A stretch of 64,000 bases of DNA from Candidatus Peribacteria bacterium RIFCSPHIGHO2_02_FULL_49_16 (lineage in GTDB: Bacteria > Patescibacteriota > Gracilibacteria > Peribacterales > Peribacteraceae), in contig MFXT01000025.1 of the NCBI GenBank assembly GCA_001788955.1, positions 11,332 to 75,331 on the forward strand, given 5' to 3'. The position numbers and the translations under genes are program-made. The notes under the pieces were generated by a model that was not told where the DNA came from, ran no database searches, and saw only the letters and a list, made by a program, of their open reading frames with translations. This document shows, piece by piece, positions 54,545 to 64,000 of the stretch (its first letter is position 1; each line of letters starts with the position of its first letter).

Positions 54545-55486
54545 TCAATTACAGCAGATGGGCGTCATCTTCAGTACAAAATGTTGTATCGACAATGTTC
54601 TATGCACATTCAATGAAAGATTCTCGCCAAGCTCCCGCAGCGCCTGTTCCCATTCAACAAGATTTCCCGGACGAATATCACGAAGAGCAAGGAAAAGAAA
54701 TAGGAAAAACTCATCTGCTTCTTTTCCACGTTTTTCAAGCGGAGCCAGCGCACGCATGCGTTCATCTGCAGCACGAGCAGTCATCACATTCTGTGCCTGC
54801 GCAAAAAGAACAGCACATCGTTTTCGTTCTTCCGACATATGACATAACCGAAGCATTGTTCCCGGTGCGCCCTGCGCAATATGCAGAAGAAGTTGTTGCT
54901 CTTTTTCCTCTACTCCCGAAATAAGAGGGAGAAGATCACTTTTAGCAACACGATGGAAGTGGAGTACGCGCACGCGTGACACAATCGTAGGAAGCAATCT
55001 ATGCAACATTTGTGTCGTCAGAAGAAATACATATCCTTCGGGAGGCTCTTCGAGAATTTTTAGGAGCGCATTTGCCGCTGTATCCTGCATCCGTTCAACG
55101 GAGCGAATCATGCACACACGACGCTTTCCGTGTATCCCCGTCGTCTGAAGACATTCCTGTAGCGCGCGCACATCATCAATGCTGATACTATTCGTCTTTG
55201 CTTTTGTTTTCTTGCTTCGGTGCCCTTGGGGCACATTCGATGATCTGCCGATCTCTTCCCAATCAGTACACACCCTCTCAATCCATAATTGATCGAGAAC
55301 GAGACAATCCGGATGAAGAAGTTGCTTTGAAACGTCACAATCGAGCAACTGCCCCGCAAACCATTGCGCCACTGTCATCTTCCCAAGATTCCTTGGACCG
55401 GAAAAGAGGTAGGCATGAGCGATGTTGCCAGTTTGCAGGTTGGATTGGAGTTCTCGAATCTGTGATTGGTGGCCAATAATTGTCAT
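54545..55486 (-). CDS. holB: DNA polymerase III delta' subunit
   Basis: HAYLFSGPRNLGKMTVA and AANALLKILEEPP. Confidence 0.85.
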   Translation of the reverse strand: MTIIGHQSQIRELQSNLQTGNIAHAYLFSGPRNLGKMTVAQWFAGQLLDCDVSKQLLHPDCLVLDQLWIERVCTDWEEIGRSSNVPQGHRSKKTKAKTNSISIDDVRALQECLQTTGIHGKRRVCMIRSVERMQDTAANALLKILEEPPEGYVFLLTTQMLHRLLPTIVSRVRVLHFHRVAKSDLLPLISGVEEKEQQLLLHIAQGAPGTMLRLCHMSEERKRCAVLFAQAQNVMTARAADERMRALAPLEKRGKEADEFFLFLFLALRDIRPGNLVEWEQALRELGENLSLNVHRTLSIQHFVLKMTPICCN

Positions 55487-58128
55487 ACGTCACGACCATG
55501 GCATTTCTTATACTTCTTCCCTGATCCGCATGGACACGGATCATTCCGTCCTATCTTCTCTGCCTGTATTGAAGCAGAAGCTGCTTTCATCTGTGTGATA
55601 TTGGTTTGCTGTATCTCATCGTCATTCGTCATCATCTTCTCTAAATCTTTCGCTGCTTCCCTCAAGACCTGCATCGGCTGGAACTGCGCAAAATCAATCT
55701 GCAAGAGAGAATGCACGAGCGTTGCATCAATCTGCGCCAGAAGCCGACTAAAAAGACGGAATCCCTGATCCTGATACTCAATAAGAGGATCCCGTTGGGC
55801 ATAACTGGCAAATGCCACCTGTTCACGCAAGTGCGCCATCTGGTCAATATGAGAAGTCCAGTATGTATCAATGGAACGAAGCATCATAACCCGTTCGGCC
55901 TGCGCGACGGTTTCGGGATTCTGTTGCTCGCATTTTCTATTATAGAAATGCCGCACACTCTCTATGCATCGCTCTTCGATCTTCCCCTGTTCACGGTGTG
56001 TTTTGAGCTCCGTTAAAGATACCTCTTGTCCAATATCTGAATGAAGTCCGTTGAGAAATTCGTGAATCGCCTGCAGGTTCCATTGATCGGGATCCAGTGC
56101 CTGCGTATGCACGTTTATCGCGCCGGATACTTCTTTTTTCATCGTCTCAAGAATAGTATTGTGCAGCGACCATCCTTCTTCATCCGTAGCCATACCGCCT
56201 TCACTCTGCGCAATCGTATCCAAAATCCGCTGTCGACGCGCGTACATGATCTCACGATGTTTGCTTAAAACGTTATCATAACGAAGTACGTGCCGACGCA
56301 TATCGAAATTGCGTCCCTCCACCTTCTTCTGTGCCCCTTCAATGGAGCGCGATACCATCGCATTCTGCAACGGCACATCATCGGGGATGTTCAACCGTTC
56401 CATCATGCTTTTCAGGCGTTCACCGCCAAAGAGACGCATGAGATCATCTTCCATGGAAACAAAGAATTGTGATTCTCCTGCATCCCCTTGCCGTCCCGCA
56501 CGACCGCGTAATTGATTATCGATACGACGGGACTCATGTCGTTCCGTCCCAATAATCGCAAGTCCCCCCAACTGTGCCACCCCTTCTCCCAGTTTAATAT
56601 CCGTTCCGCGTCCCGCCATGTTGGTGGCAATGGTGATTGTTCCCTTTTGTCCCGCATCCGCAACAATTTCCGCCTCTCGCTCATGATGTTTGGCATTGAG
56701 AACCTGATGAGGAACATCCATGCGTGCAAGCAGACTGCTTAATACCTCGGATTTCTCAATGGAGACCGTTCCGATCAGCACCGGTTGTCCTTTCTCATAT
56801 TTTTCCTTGGCCAAAGCACCAACGGCATTGAATTTTGCTTCGAGCGTGCGATAAATCGCATCCGGACGATCATCACGCAGGAGAGCCTTGTGCGTGGGAA
56901 TGACGATGGTTCGCACTTTGTAAATCGATTCAAATTCTTCCTCTTCCGTCTTCGCAGTACCGGTCATACCGGCCAATTTTTCGAAGAGGCGAAAGTAGTT
57001 CTGAAACGTAATGGTTGCAAGCGTCTTACTCTCACGCTGAATGGGAACATCCTCTTTTGCTTCGATTGCCTGATGCAGACCATGACTGTACCGACGTCCG
57101 GGCATGAGTCGTCCCGTAAATTCATCAACAATGATGATCTGTCCATCACGCTTCACATAATCGACATCCTTTTGGTACATCGCGTGCGCCCTCAAAGCTT
57201 GTTCAATATGATGCACTTCCTCAAATCCCTTTTCCGTATAAATATTCTCAACCCCCAAAAGCTTCTCCATCTTCGACACACCTTCTTCTGTCAACACAGC
57301 TGTTTTCCCTTTCTCATCTTTCATGTAGTCTTTTCTTTCTTCCAATTTTTGCACTAAATGCGCGTATTGCGCGTACTTGGTTGTGGACTCTTCCGCAGGC
57401 TGGCTGATAATGAGCGGCGTACGCGCTTCATCAATCAGAATGGAATCGACTTCATCCACAATCGCATAATGTAAACCGCGTTGCACCTGCATCTTTGTCG
57501 ATGTCGCCATGTTGTCGCGCAGATAATCGAAACCGAATTCATTATTCGTGCCGTACGTGATATCGCATGCGTACGCAGCTTTACGTTCTTCCGGATTCTT
57601 CTCATGGAGGATCACTCCGACAGAGAGCCCTAGCGCTTCATAGAGAAGACCCATCCATCCTGCATCACGTTTTGCCAGATAATCGTTGACCGTCACGACA
57701 TGCACGCCTTTTGCCCGAAGTGCGTTTAAGTAGACCGGCATCGTGCATACAAGCGTCTTTCCTTCTCCCGTTTTCATTTCGCAGATCATGCCTTTATGCA
57801 GGGCAATACCCCCGAGAATCTGTACATCAAACGGCACCATGTTCCAGATAAATTCCTGTCTACCGATGGCGATAGTTTGGCCCTGCAAAAGTTCACAGGC
57901 ACGAATGACAACGGCAAATGCCTCTGGAAGTACATCATCCAGAGCTTTTTGTTCTGTGCTCTTTGCTTTTAATTCCTCTGTTTTTTGTGGAAGATCAGAA
58001 AGAGAAAGTGCACGAATCTCTGGGGATGCATGAGCATCTTTCACGTTCTGTACAAGAGGACGGAGTTTTTTTAACTCTTTTTCATTCGGATCGCCGAGAA
58101 GTGTATTCACAACATCGAAAAAAGACAT
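55483..58128 (-). CDS. secA: preprotein translocase ATPase SecA
   Basis: MKTGEGKTLV, DEVDSILIDEARTPLIIS, and the C-terminal zinc motif CPCGSGKKYKKCHG. Confidence 0.96.
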   Translation of the reverse strand: MSFFDVVNTLLGDPNEKELKKLRPLVQNVKDAHASPEIRALSLSDLPQKTEELKAKSTEQKALDDVLPEAFAVVIRACELLQGQTIAIGRQEFIWNMVPFDVQILGGIALHKGMICEMKTGEGKTLVCTMPVYLNALRAKGVHVVTVNDYLAKRDAGWMGLLYEALGLSVGVILHEKNPEERKAAYACDITYGTNNEFGFDYLRDNMATSTKMQVQRGLHYAIVDEVDSILIDEARTPLIISQPAEESTTKYAQYAHLVQKLEERKDYMKDEKGKTAVLTEEGVSKMEKLLGVENIYTEKGFEEVHHIEQALRAHAMYQKDVDYVKRDGQIIIVDEFTGRLMPGRRYSHGLHQAIEAKEDVPIQRESKTLATITFQNYFRLFEKLAGMTGTAKTEEEEFESIYKVRTIVIPTHKALLRDDRPDAIYRTLEAKFNAVGALAKEKYEKGQPVLIGTVSIEKSEVLSSLLARMDVPHQVLNAKHHEREAEIVADAGQKGTITIATNMAGRGTDIKLGEGVAQLGGLAIIGTERHESRRIDNQLRGRAGRQGDAGESQFFVSMEDDLMRLFGGERLKSMMERLNIPDDVPLQNAMVSRSIEGAQKKVEGRNFDMRRHVLRYDNVLSKHREIMYARRQRILDTIAQSEGGMATDEEGWSLHNTILETMKKEVSGAINVHTQALDPDQWNLQAIHEFLNGLHSDIGQEVSLTELKTHREQGKIEERCIESVRHFYNRKCEQQNPETVAQAERVMMLRSIDTYWTSHIDQMAHLREQVAFASYAQRDPLIEYQDQGFRLFSRLLAQIDATLVHSLLQIDFAQFQPMQVLREAAKDLEKMMTNDDEIQQTNITQMKAASASIQAEKIGRNDPCPCGSGKKYKKCHGRDV

Positions 58129-58146
58129 GCGATCGTTATTGTAGGC

Positions 58147-58773
58147 CTACCATCCGCGTCCATACCAGGGTTCGAGGATTTGGGAAGAGTAGGGCTGATG
58201 AGCGAGAAATTGAGGAAGGATGGCGAGCGTAGGTTGTAGGGAACAGGGAAGAGAGAGTAGGCGCCTGAAGGCATCTTGGTGTTCGGCAATGAGTTCTCCG
58301 CACCAGATGGTGTCTTTTGGAATCATTGTAAGGGCTTCGTCTATGGTCATGAGGATGGGCTCGGGCCACTTTGCAGCGAAATCACCGAAACCGCGAACAA
58401 AGAGTTCATGTTTTTTTGTGGAGTGGAGCCAAATATAGGGTATAGGTGATACGGTATAGGTGATAGGGGCTCTTGCCGCATACAGAGTACTGACATGAAT
58501 ACCACAACTAGGGATCTTTAGTGCCCAAGAGAGCGTATTGATAAAAGAGACAGCGACACGGAGACTGGTAAATCCGCCCGGACCGATGACGCAGGCAAGA
58601 TGTGTCATATCCTTCAATGTCCATGCAACTTCCTTTACACATCCCTCAAATATCATCATCAACTCGTGATCAGAGATGCGATGATCGACTCTGCGATACG
58701 CGAGTATGTCTTTCTCCGTACTGCAGGCCAATAATCCCTCATGTGAGGCAATATCAAGAAAGAGAATATGCAT
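58147..58773 (-). CDS. tsaB: tRNA t6A biosynthesis protein TsaB (YeaZ)
   Basis: MHILFLDIAS...ACVIGPGGFTSLRVAVSFINTLSWALKIP. Met56 was chosen. Confidence 0.75.
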   Translation of the reverse strand: MHILFLDIASHEGLLACSTEKDILAYRRVDHRISDHELMMIFEGCVKEVAWTLKDMTHLACVIGPGGFTSLRVAVSFINTLSWALKIPSCGIHVSTLYAARAPITYTVSPIPYIWLHSTKKHELFVRGFGDFAAKWPEPILMTIDEALTMIPKDTIWCGELIAEHQDAFRRLLSLPCSLQPTLAILPQFLAHQPYSSQILEPWYGRGW

Positions 58774-58800
58774 TACGTACACAGTACACTCATCACATCC

Positions 58801-59682
58801 ATGCCTCCCCCTCTTCTTTCCATCATCATCCCCACGCACAACCGGGTGCAGATCCTGCGACAATGTCTCGATTACATCGAGAAGCAGACCGTGCGGGATC
58901 ACCTGGAAGTCATTGTGGTCATTGATGGCGAGGATCAAAAAATAGTGGAGATGTTTGCCAACCTCTCATGGTCTTTCCCTTTAACCTGCTTCGCTATCCC
59001 AAAAAGTCAGCAAGGCATAGCGCGCAATCGCGGCGTAGAGCACGCAAAAGGAGAGACTGTGCTCTTTATTGGCGATGATATTTGGTTGGCGCCACAGACC
59101 TGCCAAATGCATCTGGAAGCACATCAACGACTCGCTGGCCACTCTTCGAAAGCACCTCACCATGACAAAGCAATTGCTGTTCTCGGTTTCACAAAATGGG
59201 ATCCCGGTATCGAGATCACGCCGGTCATGCAATGGTTGGATAAAACGGGGTGGCAGTTTGGCTATGAGAGCATTGCACAATTCGCGCACGCAGAAATTCC
59301 CTGCTCTATCCAACATCGCTTTACCTATACGAGTCACATCAGCCTTCCACGAGAAATCGCCTGGAAGATTCGTTTTCGCGAGGACGTCGATCTTTATGGT
59401 TGGGAGGATGTTGAGTGGGGAATGCGACTGCGTGACGCGGGGGTGTCTCTCTTTTACGAATCCGACGCGCGCGCAGTACATCATCATAAACTGTCGTTGC
59501 AGGATTCTTTGGTGCGCATGGAAAAAATCGGAAGATCTGCGAAACACTTCGAAAAATTCTGCCCCGAATTTGATCGAGTGCCAAAAGGATGGAAACTCCG
59601 GGCGTATCACATTTTGGCATTGTTACCAACAATGCGAGGAAAGCATGCGCGAGCTTTTTTGCGTGGAATACACACCGCATGA
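58801..59682 (+). CDS. glycosyltransferase family 2
   Basis: LSIIIPTHNRVQILRQCLDYIEKQ, VIDGEDQ, FIGDDIW. Met12 was chosen. Confidence 0.85.
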   Translation: MPPPLLSIIIPTHNRVQILRQCLDYIEKQTVRDHLEVIVVIDGEDQKIVEMFANLSWSFPLTCFAIPKSQQGIARNRGVEHAKGETVLFIGDDIWLAPQTCQMHLEAHQRLAGHSSKAPHHDKAIAVLGFTKWDPGIEITPVMQWLDKTGWQFGYESIAQFAHAEIPCSIQHRFTYTSHISLPREIAWKIRFREDVDLYGWEDVEWGMRLRDAGVSLFYESDARAVHHHKLSLQDSLVRMEKIGRSAKHFEKFCPEFDRVPKGWKLRAYHILALLPTMRGKHARAFLRGIHTA

Positions 59683-60614
59683 CCTTTTTGCTATCATCAC
59701 CATCAATGTCTCTCATACTCACCTTTTTTCGCACTCTCTGGCATAGCATCTGGGATCGATCTTTTTATAAAGACGTCCTGAAACGAAAATCATCCGGGGC
59801 ATCTTTCTGGTATCTGTACTGGTTATTCGTTCTCCTGCTTTTTGCGCAAATGATTCCGATTGCGATAACACTTTTTACAAACATCGATGAAGCAGAAACA
59901 TTCGTCGAAGAATTCAAAGAGCAATCTCCTGATTTCTATCCCGAAGAACTCGTGATTACGATTACGAAAGACGGCGCGCGCACGAATGTTTACGAGCCGT
60001 ATAACATTGCTTTCCCTACATTCCTCTCACAACAAATATTTCAGATAAAAAACATGCAGAAAGAATATGCACTCACAATTGATACGAATGCATTCGCGGA
60101 AGATTATCCTCAAACAAATGCTCTCTTCCTTCTTACGAAGCATTCTCTCATCTATCCCGATACACACGGATACAAAGTGTGGCCCCTTGAACAACTCTTC
60201 ATGCGCGATGAGATGCCGGAAGAAATCGTCATCCATCAAAAACTCTATCGCCAATTCGTGCATGCTTCCTTCCCTCTTGCAAACAAGATCCCCACACTTC
60301 TCGTCACTCTTGGCGTACTTCTTGTCACCCTTGCGCCGTTCTTCGTGGGACTGTTTCTGTGGTTCGGAAAACTCATCGGACTCCTATTGCCCGTTTTCCT
60401 GCTCTGGTTCATCTTCGCCAAAATTCTCAAGAGAAACATCACATACAAACCGCTCTTCCGCCTTTCACTTCATGCCATCACTGTGCCAGTCCTCTTCAAA
60501 TTCTTTCTTCCCACCTTCTTCGGCGCTCCCTTTTTCTGGTTTCCGACAGTGTACTTTTTGGTGTGGATGTGGTGGGTAGTTGCGGGGGTGACGGGGAAAG
60601 CACGAAAAAGATAG
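59679..60614 (+). CDS. multi-pass membrane protein (DUF1189-like)
   Basis: The ATG overlaps the GT2 stop (ATGA). One N-terminal TM, a soluble loop, then 3-4 C-terminal TM helices. Confidence 0.55.
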   Translation: MTFLLSSPSMSLILTFFRTLWHSIWDRSFYKDVLKRKSSGASFWYLYWLFVLLLFAQMIPIAITLFTNIDEAETFVEEFKEQSPDFYPEELVITITKDGARTNVYEPYNIAFPTFLSQQIFQIKNMQKEYALTIDTNAFAEDYPQTNALFLLTKHSLIYPDTHGYKVWPLEQLFMRDEMPEEIVIHQKLYRQFVHASFPLANKIPTLLVTLGVLLVTLAPFFVGLFLWFGKLIGLLLPVFLLWFIFAKILKRNITYKPLFRLSLHAITVPVLFKFFLPTFFGAPFFWFPTVYFLVWMWWVVAGVTGKARKR

Positions 60615-60629
60615 TATGGGGTACAGAAT

Positions 60630-60668
60630 TTGAAAAACTCTTGCATTTCCATATAATAGAAGTATAAT
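60630..60668 (+). promoter_or_regulatory. two tandem consensus-like promoters (TTGAAA-N16-TATAAT and TTGCAT-N16-TATAAT) upstream of nusA
   Basis: -35/-10 pairs at 60630-60635/60652-60657 and at 60641-60646/60663-60668. Confidence 0.6.
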
Positions 60669-60699
60669 GACTGTGACACTCATTGAATGATATAGTGCT

Positions 60700-60726
60700 A
60701 CCTTGGATCACCAAGGTGGTTTTTTC
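60700..60726 (+). terminator. intrinsic terminator/attenuator hairpin in the nusA leader
   Basis: ACCTTGG-ATCA-CCAAGGT, then GG and TTTTTT. It lies 32 nt after the second -10 box and 36 nt before the nusA ATG. Confidence 0.65.
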
Positions 60727-60761
60727 GCTCGCCTTGTAATCTATTTCCTGCAATCTCATCC

Positions 60762-61994
60762 ATGAAAGCCTCATTCGTCGCCGCCATTAATCAAATTTGT
60801 TCTGAAAAGAATGTGAAACCGGAACAGGTTCTTGAAGCCGTCAAACAAGCCATCGCAACTGCGTATCGGAAGGACTTTGGAAACAAAGAACAGGAAATTC
60901 GCGTGATTCTGGATGAATCACAAGATGGTCCGACCATCATTCTCGTCAAAGAAGTGGTCGAAGACGTGGAGAATGAAAACTTTGAAATTTCTCTCGCGGA
61001 GGCGCAAAAAATTAAGCCGGACATTGCTGTCGCAGATGAAATTGAAATTAATGTGACGCCTCCATCGTACGGACGCATCGCTGCACAGGCGGCGAAACAA
61101 GTTATTCTTCAAAAAATCGGTGAGGCGGAAAAGCAGAGTTTGTACGAGACATTCAAGGGTCGTGAAAATGAACTCCTTACGGCAACTGTGACAAAGGTGG
61201 ACCCAAGCTGGATCACGCTGGAGATTGAAGGAATGGCAGTCAGCTTGCCATGGCGTGAACAGATTCCCGGCGAACATTACTACACCGGAAAACGCATTCG
61301 CGTGTATCTCGATACGGTAGAAATGAGTGGAAAAGGGCCGCAGCTGCGCATCTCGCGAACGCATCCCGAACTCGTACACAAGCTTCTGGAATTGGAAATC
61401 CCCGAAGTACGCAATGGCGACGTCGAAGTGATGGCTATTGCCAGAGATTCAGGCTTTCGCAGCAAAGTTGCCGTCCGAAGTCGTGATCCGCGTATCGACC
61501 CGATCGGTGCATGTGTCGGGCAAAAGGGTGTACGCATTCAGGCAGTCATGGAGGAGCTCAATGGTGAGCGTGTCGATATGATCGAATGGTCGGAAGATGC
61601 AATAAAACTCATCTCGACAGCGCTGCAGCCTGCGTCGATTTCTGCAGTCATCCTTGTCAATGACAAGGAATATCTCGATGACCTCGGCCGACGCATCAAG
61701 AAGCGCGCTGCGGTCTTCGTCGAAGAGACGCAACGCCCCATGGCCATCGGCCGCAAAGGTCAGAATATTCGTCTTGCAACGGAACTCACCGGATTCGAAC
61801 TCGACATGTACAACTATGACGAACTTCCTGCATTCAAGGCAAAACTGGCACAACTGCGCGGAGAATCGATGGAGGAAGTGGGAGAAGCCTCTAAACCAGA
61901 GCAAAGCACAGTTCAGGGTACTGCCGAAATGAATGACGAGGAAGGAAAAAAAGAGACGGAAACAAAAGAAATAATGGAGGATGCAAAAAGGTAA
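60762..61994 (+). CDS. nusA: transcription termination/antitermination factor NusA
   Basis: N-terminal domain, an S1 domain (LTATVTKVDPSWITLEIEG), and two KH domains (IDPIGACVGQKGVRIQAVMEELNGERVDMIEW and MAIGRKGQNIRLATELTG). Confidence 0.94.
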   Translation: MKASFVAAINQICSEKNVKPEQVLEAVKQAIATAYRKDFGNKEQEIRVILDESQDGPTIILVKEVVEDVENENFEISLAEAQKIKPDIAVADEIEINVTPPSYGRIAAQAAKQVILQKIGEAEKQSLYETFKGRENELLTATVTKVDPSWITLEIEGMAVSLPWREQIPGEHYYTGKRIRVYLDTVEMSGKGPQLRISRTHPELVHKLLELEIPEVRNGDVEVMAIARDSGFRSKVAVRSRDPRIDPIGACVGQKGVRIQAVMEELNGERVDMIEWSEDAIKLISTALQPASISAVILVNDKEYLDDLGRRIKKRAAVFVEETQRPMAIGRKGQNIRLATELTGFELDMYNYDELPAFKAKLAQLRGESMEEVGEASKPEQSTVQGTAEMNDEEGKKETETKEIMEDAKR

Positions 61995-62014
61995 GGTAGG
62001 TACAATACCTTCCT

Positions 62015-64000
62015 ATGAAGCTCCCCGAACTTTCCTTCACCGTCCTTGATACAGAGACAACGGGATTGGTGCCCAACGTGCATAGAATCATCGAGTTTGC
62101 ATCCGTACACGTCAAGAATGGCGCCATTGAGAGCGAGTATGAGCAATTGTTTTCCATCGATCATGAGATTCCTCCTCATGTGCAGGTTCTCACGCGTATT
62201 CGGCCGGATATGCTTGAGGGAAAACCTACTTTTGCCAATATACGGAACGATATTCTCAATCATATTGTTACAGATGCGCTCATTGTCGGACAGAATATCG
62301 GCTTCGATATCGGAATGTTGAAAGGCGAAGGCATCGATCTTGCCAATCATCCCCGGATAGACACCTCTATGCTCGCATCGCTTGTTTTTCCCGAACTTGC
62401 GAGTTACTCCCTCGGATATTTGAGTACCGTTCTTGAACTCAATCACGAACCTATACACCGTGCGCTGGGCGATGTGCATGCCACCATCGAACTTTTCTCC
62501 AAAGTCTGGGAACGACTCTGCAATCTTCCCGACAGCCATCTGCATATCATCAAGAATATTTTCCGTAAAAGCAGTGAAGGATATCGTATATTGGCAGATG
62601 CATTGCCAAAGGAAGGGGGGAATGTCATTCCATGGCGGTGCCCTGAACCGTGCTTTTCTCTGGTTCACAGCAAGAGCCACAAGCTCACCTCGGCGTCGAG
62701 CACTCCGTGTCGAGACAGGACCGTCTCTATTCTCGCGGACTCTCTCTCCCCTTCTACTCTCGATTCCCTTCTTGCATCCTGCACTCAAGATTCTTCAACA
62801 ACTCACTGGATTGCCGTCAAAAATCTCGAAGCAAACGTGCGACGGATTACGCTGCCAGAACATGCACAAATTCTTCATCCACCATTCCTCCTCGCAGAGC
62901 CAAAAGCAATTGAAAAGCTTTTAGCACAGAAATCCTTCACCGAAGATGAAGCAACCCTTGCAGTTAAACTGCATTGGTTCACTCCGCATGTCCGGGAAGA
63001 ACTTGCGCTCCACGGAGGTGAAAAAGACATATGGGATGGTCGTCTCGCTGCTTCAGAAAAGTCATCGATTTACCTCCGACAATTTGCAGACCCTTCGTCG
63101 ACACTTCTTCTTGATCATCGACAACTCCTTCGATTCATTGCAGACAAAGAGCATCCTGCACATGCAATTCTGGCACAGAAAAGCGCAATTATCATCGATG
63201 ATGCCTCAATGCTCGAAGATACTGCCACAAAGGCATACGGATACTTTTGTATGATAACCAGTGTACGTGCGGCAGCGGAGCATGACGATGCAATCACGCA
63301 CATAACGGATCTGCTCGAAATCTGGATCGAGAAAGTGCGCGGCAATGATGATGTGCATTTTCTTCGGGAGAACGATCTTCAGCGACCTGAAACAAAAGGA
63401 CTCCGTGAACACCTCTGTACCCTCCTTCAACGGAAGGATCTGCCACCACGCACACGTGAACAATTTGAACACATTCACGGTTTTCTTCACATGTCACTTA
63501 AGGAAAATCTGATGTGGATTGAACAGCAACGACGCGGGAATGCCATCCTGCGTGCGGCTCCCGAGAATATCGCTCACCTTCTTGCAGAGCACCTTTACAA
63601 GAAACACGCAACCACGCTGCTCTTTCCACCTAAAATAGAACCATTAACAGAAATACTTCCTCGAGAGATTCCTCAACGCACCATCGAGCATCCCACACCC
63701 TCTCTCACTCTCTCTTTTCCGGATACGACACTCTTCGACATTCTGACAGAACCACCTTCCGGCAAAACGATCGCCCTTGCCGGCAGCAAGCGCGTCATTG
63801 AAGATCTCTTCGTTCGACATACCGAAGCATTGGAGAAAAAAGGCATTACCTTGATCTGTCAGGGAATGAATGGTGGACAGGGACGCATGCAGGCGGAATT
63901 CTCTTCCTGTAAAGGGACTGTGGTGTGGCTGCTTACACCATGGACGTATGAAGGCATTGAACTTCCTCCGGATACGGTTGATCACTTGATTCTCGATAGC
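62015..64000 (+). CDS. DinG-like protein: DnaQ-type 3'-5' exonuclease domain fused to a degenerate DinG helicase-like region (partial; continues beyond the window)
   Basis: Own translation: ATG at 62015 followed by 662 sense codons to nt 64000. Exo motifs FTVLDTETTGL, GQNIGFDIGML and HRALGDVHAT. Motif II-like IIIDDASMLED. C-terminal WLLTPWTYEGIELP. Not in the ORF track (runs off the edge). Confidence 0.8.
   Translation, partial: MKLPELSFTVLDTETTGLVPNVHRIIEFASVHVKNGAIESEYEQLFSIDHEIPPHVQVLTRIRPDMLEGKPTFANIRNDILNHIVTDALIVGQNIGFDIGMLKGEGIDLANHPRIDTSMLASLVFPELASYSLGYLSTVLELNHEPIHRALGDVHATIELFSKVWERLCNLPDSHLHIIKNIFRKSSEGYRILADALPKEGGNVIPWRCPEPCFSLVHSKSHKLTSASSTPCRDRTVSILADSLSPSTLDSLLASCTQDSSTTHWIAVKNLEANVRRITLPEHAQILHPPFLLAEPKAIEKLLAQKSFTEDEATLAVKLHWFTPHVREELALHGGEKDIWDGRLAASEKSSIYLRQFADPSSTLLLDHRQLLRFIADKEHPAHAILAQKSAIIIDDASMLEDTATKAYGYFCMITSVRAAAEHDDAITHITDLLEIWIEKVRGNDDVHFLRENDLQRPETKGLREHLCTLLQRKDLPPRTREQFEHIHGFLHMSLKENLMWIEQQRRGNAILRAAPENIAHLLAEHLYKKHATTLLFPPKIEPLTEILPREIPQRTIEHPTPSLTLSFPDTTLFDILTEPPSGKTIALAGSKRVIEDLFVRHTEALEKKGITLICQGMNGGQGRMQAEFSSCKGTVVWLLTPWTYEGIELPPDTVDHLILDS

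Noticed and set aside
63752-63769. PPSGKT in the DinG-like protein as a possible Walker A.
   Set aside because: It lies in the C-terminal helicase-domain-2 region (aligned with the 'LvLftS' segment of DinG), far downstream of the motif II equivalent. It lacks the GxxxxGK[ST] spacing.

Overview
The window is a gene-dense (about 90% coding) bacterial chromosomal segment of roughly 48-50% GC. It uses the standard genetic code and has about 58 protein genes, 3 tRNAs (Asp-GTC, Trp-CCA, Arg-CCT) and one SAM-I riboswitch. I saw no rRNA, CRISPR array, transposase or integrase.

Gene content:
- Housekeeping: topA, hup, dnaJ, recJ, uvrB, serS, metK, murA, holB, secA, tsaB, nusA, comM.
- Cell envelope: two M23 peptidases, an S11 carboxypeptidase, an FtsQ-like protein, PgeF, three glycosyltransferases, an O-antigen-ligase/TPR protein, GalU, PgpA, two SLH-domain proteins, and an amidase-SpoIID fusion.
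- Other: an 11-kb co-directional block holding a type IV pilus module, the oxidative pentose-phosphate genes zwf and pgl, a deoxyhypusine-synthase homologue, and a two-subunit ATP-citrate lyase.

The mix of SLH proteins, compact pilins, a DHS homologue and Shine-Dalgarno-free starts fits an uncultivated small-genome lineage such as the CPR (Patescibacteria, e.g. Peregrinibacteria). That is inference only.

Two long ORFs that run off the window edges (1-1257 minus strand, 62015-64000 plus strand) are missing from the ORF track. I found them by hand translation.

I see no discrete island of unknown genes that would clearly be a new multi-gene system. The best leads are:
1. A receiver-domain-headed pilus operon, plus an unlinked pilin paralogue that seems to be made without a leader peptide.
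2. A pervasive leaderless-mRNA promoter architecture.
3. An isolated aclBA ATP-citrate lyase.
4. An unassigned structured RNA candidate at 17.5-17.7 kb.
5. Decoy tRNA 5' fragments upstream of two tRNA genes.
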